From NCBI GenBank assembly GCA_946965045.2, contig OX337230.1, positions 4,154,001 through 4,218,000 on the forward strand: a stretch of DNA of 64,000 nt. The letters run 5' to 3'. Each line of letters starts with the position of its first letter. Within the stretch, counting starts at the first letter, position 1. The notes beneath the pieces are model-generated. The model was not told where the DNA came from, made no database searches, and saw nothing but the letters and a program-made list of their open reading frames with translations. Below are positions 1-9,938 of the stretch, piece after piece. The translations under genes and the position numbers were made by a program. The stretch comes from Epithemia pelagica. Lineage: Eukaryota; Protista; Bacillariophyta.

Positions 1-1110
1 TCTCCAGTCAATGCAAAACACAACTCATCATCACAAGAAATCGCTGTTGCAAAGCCAAAACCTGACACTCCGACAAAGCGATCTTCTGTTGCCAAACACA
101 GCAACCCACCATATTCTCAGATTATGACTCGCAAACAATATGCCACCGCCGCCAACCTCCTCATTAAAGCATCCAGAGCAAGGCGACAAATCTGCTACAA
201 AGATAAGAACAATATTCGACACATGCCTGGTCAACCTGTTCGTTTGAAACCCAATGATCTCTCCTTGTACAACAAAACAAAAAGTTGCCCCCCCACAATA
301 TCTGAACAGACTTTGAGAAAGAGGGTTGTTGACTTGCAGTATTTGAAAAAGCTTCATGAACATTTCCTTTCCAAAGGTCTGGAAGCTCCAAGAGACAGTT
401 GGGAAGACTGGATTAACGACCATCTCTCACCAGAATCCGACCGAGCCTTCATGTGCTTGGTTGTGATTCTTATGAGTTCCAACACAAGCGACAAACAATT
501 TGCTAAAGTGGTACCCACTTTGTTCCAATGTGGGTTTGTCTCTAGTCGGGCAACCAGTGACATTGCACTCAACTATGGGATGAACGCTGTATGTTCCCTA
601 TTGGCAGAGACTGGTCTATATTATAAGAATGCTGAGGCTATCGTCAACGCAGCAGACTACTTCATCCAACGGCATTCTGGAATTATACCAGAAACCATTA
701 CGATGCAAGAACTAATGTGTCTGCATGGGGTTGGGTACAAGACTGCCACAATTGTCTTGGCATTTGCATTTTAAAGAATTGACGGAATTCCAACTGATGT
801 GCATGTACATCGCTGCTCTCGAGCCCTGGGATGGATCCCCAAATCATGCAACGACCCAGACATGTGCTCGGCTTTGTTGGAGTCTTGGATTCCAAAGGAG
901 TACTGGGAATGGGTCAACCCAATGTTTGGAGCGCTCGGGCAACTAATACAAGACCCAAAGACACGTCACCAATGTTCAGAAATCCAGATGGATTTCACAG
1001 TCCGTCGTCTTGACAAAGACCATAAGAAGAAACTCTTAGACAGCAAAGAGATCTACAACCTACACAACAATTTCCTTCATTTGTATCGGTCCTATTGCAG
1101 TTCCTCATGA
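1..1110 (+). pseudogene. Endonuclease III (Nth)-like HhH-GPD DNA glycosylase, interrupted by one in-frame TAA (772-774); N-terminus off-window
   Basis: Frame is open from base 1. ORFs 124-774 and 799-1110 are in the same frame and read ...LHGVGYKTATIVLAFAF*RIDGIPTDVHVHRCSRALGW. HhH motif with catalytic Lys (GVGYKTA), catalytic Asp (PTDVHV) and MSSNTSD motif are present. No C-terminal 4Fe-4S Cys cluster. Confidence 0.85.
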
Positions 1111-1253
1111 GTCAATTTCTTATTAGTTACTATCTGTTTTTCCTTGTTTGTTCTTTTTCTTTTTGGTTCTCGCATGTATCTTGTATGTAGTCGTTCTCGC
1201 ATGTAGTCGTATGTAGTCTTTTTCGTTTTCTGTTCCGTCATGTTCTGTATTTA

Positions 1254-1567
1254 TCAGTGGTCTTCATTACTGTTATTGGTGCGGCGTCGCGGACTTGTCC
1301 TACGTTGTTGTTGTCGTTGTTCTTCTTGCTGCTCTCCGATGTGTTCTGCAGGAGGTGGTTTCTTTGCTCTCGACGATTTGGACTTGGACTTTGTTCGAGA
1401 TGCCGATTCTTGAATGGATTGTTGGCGCACTCTTTTGGAAGATGCACTCGTTTGAGTTGTTGCCTTCCTTTTTGATAAGGTGGTGGATCGTTGGGTTGTT
1501 GGTGTGGTACTGTGCGTAGCAGGAGTTGTCGTCGAAACGATTCCTGTCACACTTCCTTGAACACTAG
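1254..1567 (-). mobile_element. Displaced C-terminal tail of the hAT transposase ORF (split off by the Copia insertion)
   Basis: Removing 1573-9938 plus one CACTG copy rejoins the frame: ...TTDQGNSTS-ASVQGSVTGIVSTTTPATH..., continuing to the stop at 1254. Confidence 0.85.
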
Positions 1568-1572
1568 CACTG

Positions 1573-2346
1573 TGTTAGAATTCTCACCGTCTATGGTGGT
1601 TAGATTCTACATCTCATCGATTCCCCATGTCACATAGCCTCGTGCTATCACATCATGCCATCTAGCTTCGAGCTATGTTCCCTAGCTTTGCGCTATATCG
1701 ACCTATATTTCTTCGCAAATCATGAAAAGTGAGAATAGATTGACGAACTCACTCTCAAGACTAAACTGGGTCGTGCGGTATTACAACGGACATAAATTTG
1801 GCCGTTGCTCGGATATTATACTAACGCCCTAAGCGTACGCGCCCGAAATCATCGAGCGCGCCCAAGCGACATCCGAGCGCTGTCGGCATCTATCCGACCC
1901 AACGGTCTAAGTATCCCAAGCACGACACACGATCACGCGAGACCATATTTCCATTCCCACAATCTCCAAATTGTCAACAAGCTGCGCGCCATGAAAACAA
2001 CTATGCCAACCCAAAGCAAGAGCTGTTGACCCTGTATATGTTATCCGTCCACATATACATGTCATATACATCACATGAATCGACTCCAAACCTGTTGCCG
2101 CCAAGAACCTATGACACATGACCCTTGGCAGGACCGAACATTTCACGTAGACCTATCGTAGTAATCAACACACAATCTAACAATATCACCATTTATCACA
2201 TCTTCTTTTGTGTCCCGACTATCCTTCTGATAGACTTCGACTTGCTTGCTTCTCTGACCCTGAGAAGCTTGTATCGGTTGGTGACCTACCTGATTGTCTG
2301 CTCTACCGAGCATCAATGTCCCTACGATTCAGAAAGAATTGTAACA
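1573..2346 (+). repeat. 5' LTR (774 bp)
   Basis: Direct repeat of 9165-9938 at a constant offset of 7592. No differences noticed by eye, and the ORF-track translations within the LTRs are identical. Confidence 0.97.
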
Positions 2347-2357
2347 GATTAACAGTC
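2347..2357 (+). promoter_or_regulatory. Putative primer-binding site complementary to a tRNA-Asn(GUU) anticodon arm
   Basis: GATTAACAGTC abuts the LTR end. Its reverse complement GACTGTTAATC matches the anticodon stem-loop of tRNA-Asn as recalled for yeast and bacteria. Confidence 0.55.
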
Positions 2358-2382
2358 TCAAAGCTTATTTCCTTGTGGTTTC

Positions 2383-3162
2383 ATGGATTCTAACGAGCTT
2401 ATCACTCCTGTACGACAGATCTATCGAGCCAAACTGCATCCCGGGCAGCCCGATACCCTGGTGCAGCAGGAACTGGTGCCGACGCCGAAGGCAGCCAACA
2501 CATCGGTCAACATCTCCGTCGACAGTTCCAACAGCAACCCATTCGAGACTCCAACCCAGCCTCACGCTCCGATCCCTGCGCCGTTGCTTCGGCCCCCGAG
2601 TCCGCCTCGTCGGCTCGTCCCTTCTTGATCCCGTCGTACCACCCGGTTGATTGCTGATCATATCAAGTACTTCCGTCAACCAACTTGTTCGACCTTCGAT
2701 CCCGAGATCATCCGTGGGGAGACCCAGATCGAACGCCAGTTCCAATCGGTGACCCACATCGTCGACCAAGAAGACATTGACCGTCTGAACGACCAACTTC
2801 ACCGTTCTCCGAGGCGTCGCCTCATCTTGGCCGCCCTCTCGGGCAACCCCATCCGTACTGTCCACCTCCGCTTCCTAACCTTCGAGCGCCCAACTGGATA
2901 CTACAATACCATCCACGTCGTGAACGCGACGACTTGCCCTCTGCCTCCTAACGTTGTACGCCTAGATAACTACGTTGCCTACATCCACGAGGTCCATACC
3001 ATCGAGGACCATCGTGCAACTATCTACCCTTTGCGTACCGAGGTCGAGAACCACCTGGCTGAAGGTGATACCCCTTCTTCTGTTGCTTGTGCTGCCCCAT
3101 CTGAGCCTGGAAACGACTCTGATTATTCGGAAGAGAGTGGGGATTCGGAGACCGAAGCTTAA
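2383..3162 (+). pseudogene. Extra ORF (ORF0, ~259 codons) upstream of gag inside the Copia, one in-frame TGA at 2626-2628; function unknown
   Basis: ORFs 2383-2628 and 2647-3162 are in the same frame, separated only by TGA. Pro-rich N-terminal part, globular-looking middle, acidic tail. Confidence 0.55.
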
Positions 3163-3482
3163 TTACTCATAGTTAACTCCCGTCCTCTCAAAACCTTTCC
3201 AAGACTTAAACTCAACGCACATCCGGGTACCCTTGGTCGCACAACACGCCACACATTCCCGTCAAATCGCGAAAATTCGGCGAAAATTTGTTGAAACTCG
3301 GCGAAAATTTGTCGGAATCAACGGAAATTTCCAGGAGTCGCACATCACAACACACATCCGGGTATCATATACGTGGTACATACGTGGCACACGTGGTACA
3401 TCCGGGTTCACATCACATCACACATTAAATAAACCACATCACACCGCACATTAAATAAACATCGAACCAACCAAATAACACC

Positions 3483-6400
3483 ATGGATCCTCAATCACCC
3501 AAGACACCTACGACTCCTAAGGGAGAAGATAACCAAGACAATATCTCGGACACAGACCTATTCGACCACATCATATTTACTGTCTGCCAATTCTTTACCA
3601 AAGAAAGGGCCGACTACTTAATGAAGTGGATGAAATACCATGGTTTTGAGAACATTACCCATGTTATCTCGTATATGCAAACTAATACCGAGGAATCCAT
3701 GAAGGAACTGACACAATACAAGGTCAATAAACAGACACATGACCTACAAGGCCCCACAAGACAGCAGATCAAGCTCTTGGCTTATTGGGCCATATACAAG
3801 ACCAATGAAATTCAAGACGAGCTATCCAATAGCGACTGGATGAACCTAACGAGGAAAGAGTTCAACACTTGGAGGATCAACACAGATTTCTCTAAGGGAC
3901 CACCTAGCCAAGTCCCAGTCTCGCCAATGAAGTCACCGTCATCTGTGAAATCTGTCAGCACAGTTACTGCCACATCTCAATCTCAACAAGACCTTACAGC
4001 ATTCAGAAAGGGAACTAAGCGCGACGCAACTGCATATGAGGTATTCAAGGATGAACGATACTACGATTCATTCTGGCGTGTATTCAAGACTACAGCTAAG
4101 GCTCAAGGCCTATCCAACGTTCTGAATTTCAAATACACACCACCCCATGATGATGAGTATGCCGAAGAACTTTTTCAAGAGCAACAAGTATTTCTTTACT
4201 CCGTTCTTGTCCGTATCATTCAGACTGACCAAGGTCGAGCCTATGTACGTGAACATGAACACGATGAAGATGCGCGTGCCGTATTGCAGAAGTTACACTC
4301 TTTGCATACCGAATCCGACCTAGCAAAACGAGAGGTCCTCCGTTTAACCAACTACATTTCCAATCTACGTCTTGACGACGCATGGCGCGGAACAACACGT
4401 CAATTTCTTCTACACTTTCAAGAGCAGCTACGTTTGCTAGACAATCTAGTGACATTGTCTGATCGCATCCCTGATCATACCAGGATGACTTTCCTCATGC
4501 AAGCTGTAGAAAAGGTACCTGATCTCCGCCGAGTCAAGATCTTGGATAATGTGGTGAACACCAAATCCGGTGCAAAATCCCTTTGCTATCAATCATACTT
4601 CCGTCTCCTTCTAGACGCAGCTTATGACCATGATCAAGCAACCCAGTCATCTGTTCATAGTCGCCGTCGACATGTCAAACAACATGAATCACTATATGGC
4701 CAAGATACAGATGCTGACATAACCTCACAAGATGATATGGAGTATCATGTCCACAACACCACAGCGACATCTGAATCTCCATCCTCTTCGTCCAAGGTTA
4801 GTCTACCGCGTGACCTATGGTTCAAACTTTCTGAAGAAGATCGCAAGTTGATCATCGAGTATAACAAGATGATTCAAGCACCTTCATCAACAACACCGAG
4901 GAAAGTGCAAACACATGCCCTCGACATTGATCCGGAACCTGATCCTGACCCCAACCAAGTTGCATCTGATGACGACTCACCTGGCGTAGTCCCTGAGCAT
5001 CCAGATGATTCAGATCCGGTTACACAATTTATCAACCAAGCCATGACGACTGATATCAATCACCCGGCAACTGACCTGACTAGTGTTCTTTCTAACGCCA
5101 AGTCCAAGACGAGCAAGAAGGTTACATTCAAAGCCAACATGCATAAACAAGCAGGACATGTTCCACGCTATCTGTTTTCCAGGAAATCTACTTTACCAGG
5201 AAATCAATTAATTGACCGTGGTGCTAATGGAGGACTTGCTGGTTCTGACATGCGCATCCTTTCTAAGACTGGTCGCCATATCACTATTGTGGGTATTGAT
5301 AACCATGAACTTACTGGACTTCCTGTCGTCACATGTGCCGCAAAGTTTGAGACCAATGATGGACCTATTGTCGGCATCTTCAATGAATATGCTTATTATG
5401 GAAAGGGCTTATCTATCCATGCTCCTGGTCAATTCGAGCATTTTGGACTTGCTGTTGATGAACGATCTGTTAAAGTTGATGGTAAACAACGCATCACTAC
5501 ACTTGATGGTCGTGCTATACCTCTTCACATCAAGGATGGGTTAGCCTACATCCACTCCTTGGGTATCCCCAGTGACGATGACATGGATACCTTACCTCAG
5601 ATCATCTTCACGTCACCCGACACATGGGATCCTGGTGTTCTGGACCATTCGTATTCTCCCACACCCTCTGACAATGATCCTGATTGGAAACACGTCAAGA
5701 CTGATGGTAGTATGTCGAACCATCCATATGACAACTATGGGGAGTACACTGATCGTGTTGTTTGTAACCTCAATCTCCTCTTGGATCTCCCATACGATCA
5801 TGGACCTGATGACGCACCCTTCTTTTCTATCTACGCTGACGCAGAAGGTAATGATCCTACACTTCATGCCTCTGTCCACCGTCGTTACCAGGAAGCGTAT
5901 GACTGGAAGAAGTTCCGTCCATTCTTTGGTTGGCAATCTGAAGATGTTATTGCCGCTACGTTCAAGCACACTACACGTAATGGTAGCATTACTTTTGACC
6001 ACGACACCCTCAAGAAACATTTCAAGGCTCGCAATCCGGTCCTTAATATACCTCGACGTCATGAACCCGTTGCTACGGACTCGGTTTTCTCCGACACCCC
6101 TGCTGTTGACCATGGAGGTAAAGTCGCACAAATCTTTGTTGGTCGAGATACTCTGGTTACTGATATCTATGGGATTAAGTCAACCAAACAGTTTGTCAAT
6201 ACTCTTCAGGACAACATCCGGTTTCGTGGTGCCATGGAGACTCTTATCAGTGATGGTGGTTCATCTCTCATCTCTCAAAAGGTCAAAGACATTCTTCGCA
6301 CTTTGCTTATTGGGGAGTATCGATCCGAACCTTATCATCAACACCAGAATAAGGCTGAAAACCGTTACCAGACCGTTAAACGTATGACCAACGCTCTCAT

Positions 6401-9170
6401 GAATGCCACTGGTTGCCCTGCCAACACCTGGCTTCTTTGCCTTGAGTATGTCTGTGACTTATTGAACCATACGTCATCACCCACCCATTCCGGTCGCACT
6501 CCTCTTGAGGCTCTCTCCGGACGCCCACCCGACATTACTCATCTCTTGTTCTTTCCTTTCTGGGATGAGGTTTACTACCGTGTCGACCCCGCTGAACCCA
6601 ATTCTGGTTCATATCCATCTTCTTCTGATGAGAAACTTGGCCACTGGGTTGGTTTTGCTCACAACGTTGGTGATTCTTTTACTTGGAAGATTCTCACCCA
6701 GGATAACCAGATAATCTACCGTTCTGCCGTTCGCCGTGTTGAATCCACTACACCTAACCTACGTGTGGATCGACCTTCAGGGGAGGATCTGTCTGAGAAG
6801 GATGACAATGATAAGCAAGCTGACACTGTCTTCATTCGCAGTGATAGTGAAGATCCATCCAAACCAATGCCCACGATCGATTTTGACGACATGATAGGAC
6901 GCACATTCCTATGCGACACAGAAGAAAATGGGGAGCGACACCGTGCACGTGTCATCAAACGAGTCATTGATCTTAATGAAGAAGCAACGAAACAGGAAGA
7001 ACGTGTCAAGTACATCTACCGAAAGACAAATTCTGATGTTGATGAGATGATATCCTATAATCAACTCATGGAGTATATCGAACGAGATAACCAAGCTCAA
7101 ACCTCTGGAGATAATCTTTTCAGGTTCAGGGACGTCATCGCCCATCAAGGCCCACTGAACACAACTGATCCAGATTACAAGGGGAGCAAATATAATTTGC
7201 TTGTTGATTGGGAAACTGGGGAGACTACCTATGAACCTTTATCACTCATCGCCAATGATGATCCGATCACTGTAGCAATTTATGGAAAGAAACATGATTT
7301 ACTCAATGAACCTGGATGGAAGCATTTGAAATGTTATGTCAAAACAAGCAAACGTCTCATTCGAGCAGCCAAACAGTCAAGGATTAAACAAGTTCACCAT
7401 TCCGTCAAGTATAAGTTTGGATTCCAAGTACCACGCAATTATGAGGAAGCTGTCGCTCTTGATAAACAACATGGCAACACAAAGTGGCAGGATGCAACGG
7501 AACTAGAATTGTCACAGATCCAGTCCTACAAGACATTCAAGGATTTTGGGAAAGCCATCTTCATTAAAGGGAAAGTATCCAATGCACCTGAAGGATATCA
7601 TAAGATACGTGTACATCTTGTCTTTGACGTAAAACATGATGGACGACATAAAGCAAGACTTGTCGCAGATGGACATCTCACAAAAGAACCTGTTGAGACA
7701 ATCTATTCAGGTGTTGTTTCCATTCGCAACCTCCGCATTGCCTTATTCCTGGGTACTTTGAATGACTTGGAAATATGGGGAGCAGATATTGGAAACGCAT
7801 ATCTGGAAGCCTTGACAGGGGAGAAAATTTTCATTGTCGCAGGACCTGAATTCAAGGAATTAGAAGGTCACATCCTGATTATATACAAGGCACTTTATGG
7901 ATTGAAGTCATCAGGCGCTCGCTGGCATGATGTCTTATTCGATGTTTTGACAGACATGGGATTTTCACCAAGCAAAGCAGATCCGGATATCTGGATGAGG
8001 AAAGCACCCGGAGAAGACTGTTACGAATACATTGCCGTATACGTTGATGACTTAGCCATTATTTCTACTGACCCTGGGAATATCTGCAAGATCCTGAAGG
8101 AGAAATACAACTTCAAACTCAAAGGAGATGGACCTATTGATTTCCACTTGGGATGTTGTTACACCAAGGATTCTGATGGAGCATTAGTAGCAGATCCAAG
8201 ACGCTACATTGGTAAGATGATGGACACTTTCGAACGAATCTTCAAGGAGAAACCCAAGAAAGCCAAAACACCTCTTATTGGTGGAGACCATCCTGAATTG
8301 GATGATTCTGAGCTCCTTGATGAAGAAGGTACTAGCCATTTCCAAACTCTGATTGGACAACTCCAATGGGTGATCACTATTGGTCGTTTCGACGTCTTCA
8401 CCGCTACAATGACGCTATCACGCTTTCGTGCTGCTCCGAGGAAAGGACATCTTGATAGAGCCAAGCGTATCTATGGATACCTTGCACATCTCCCAGAAGG
8501 CGCAATCAGATTTAGGATTGGAGAGCCTGATTATTCAAGTCTTCCTACCCAAGAATTTGATTGGACTCGCACTGTCTATTCGAATGCAAGTGAACGTATT
8601 CCTGAAGACTGCCCAACACCTCTTGGCCGCTATGTTACCACAACTCATTATGTTGATGCCAATCTCATGCATGACATAGTCACTGGTTAATCCGTCACTG
8701 CTGTTCTACATTTGTTGAACGGAACACCTATTGACTGGTACAGCAAGAGACAGAGCACGGTGGAAACTGCTACCTATGGATCCGAGTTTGTGGCTGCAAG
8801 GACAGCAATAGATCAGATTACAGAATTACGACATTCTCTCCGCTACCTTGGAGTACCTATCCGAGAGCAAAGTTACATGTACGGAGATAACAGATCTGTT
8901 GTGCTCAATGCAACCGTTCCTCATTCCATACTATCCAAGAGACACCATCTTCTGTCATACCACCGAGTTCGTGAAGCCATCGCAGCAAAGTATGTTGCAT
9001 TCTACTGGAAAGATGGAAAGACCAACCCTGCCGATATCCTTAGCAAACATTGGGATTTCGTATCTATTTGGCCCATGCTCAAGCCATTGTTGTTTTGGAA
9101 AGGAGAAGTTCAAGACCTCAACAAATCCAATGATGACAAGGCTGAAACGACGAGTTGTGGGGAGTGTTAG
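3483..9170 (+). pseudogene. Copia Gag-Pol polyprotein with a single in-frame TAA (8688-8690) in RNase H
   Basis: Protease DRGANGG; integrase EPVATDSVF...SDGG...QNKAENR; RT ADIGNAYL and YVDDL; RNase H DANLMHDIVTG*SVT...WYSKRQSTVETATYGSEF. 8712-9170 is in the same frame as 3483-8690. Confidence 0.93.
9157..9164 (+). promoter_or_regulatory. Polypurine tract
   Basis: GTGGGGAG immediately 5' of the 3' LTR. Confidence 0.65.
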
Positions 9171-9938
9171 AATTCTCACCGTCTATGGTGGTTAGATTCT
9201 ACATCTCATCGATTCCCCATGTCACATAGCCTCGTGCTATCACATCATGCCATCTAGCTTCGAGCTATGTTCCCTAGCTTTGCGCTATATCGACCTATAT
9301 TTCTTCGCAAATCATGAAAAGTGAGAATAGATTGACGAACTCACTCTCAAGACTAAACTGGGTCGTGCGGTATTACAACGGACATAAATTTGGCCGTTGC
9401 TCGGATATTATACTAACGCCCTAAGCGTACGCGCCCGAAATCATCGAGCGCGCCCAAGCGACATCCGAGCGCTGTCGGCATCTATCCGACCCAACGGTCT
9501 AAGTATCCCAAGCACGACACACGATCACGCGAGACCATATTTCCATTCCCACAATCTCCAAATTGTCAACAAGCTGCGCGCCATGAAAACAACTATGCCA
9601 ACCCAAAGCAAGAGCTGTTGACCCTGTATATGTTATCCGTCCACATATACATGTCATATACATCACATGAATCGACTCCAAACCTGTTGCCGCCAAGAAC
9701 CTATGACACATGACCCTTGGCAGGACCGAACATTTCACGTAGACCTATCGTAGTAATCAACACACAATCTAACAATATCACCATTTATCACATCTTCTTT
9801 TGTGTCCCGACTATCCTTCTGATAGACTTCGACTTGCTTGCTTCTCTGACCCTGAGAAGCTTGTATCGGTTGGTGACCTACCTGATTGTCTGCTCTACCG
9901 AGCATCAATGTCCCTACGATTCAGAAAGAATTGTAACA
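9165..9938 (+). repeat. 3' LTR (774 bp)
   Basis: Copy of 1573-2346, followed by TSD CACTG. Confidence 0.97.

Larger units (their letters stand above)
1573..9938 (+). mobile_element. Full-length Ty1/Copia LTR retrotransposon (CoDi-like), 8366 bp
   Basis: Two 774-bp LTRs with TGTTA...TAACA termini. 5-bp TSD CACTG (1568-1572, 9939-9943). Gag-PR-INT-RT-RNaseH order. Confidence 0.97.

Noticed and set aside
1805-2352. Short ORFs duplicated at 9397-9974
   Set aside because: Incidental frames within the LTRs, with no protein features.
772-8690. Alternative genetic code (TAA read as Gln/Lys) suggested by two in-frame TAAs
   Set aside because: Well-supported genes here end normally at TAA (annexin, M50-like, Lhcf), so these are nonsense mutations or errors.
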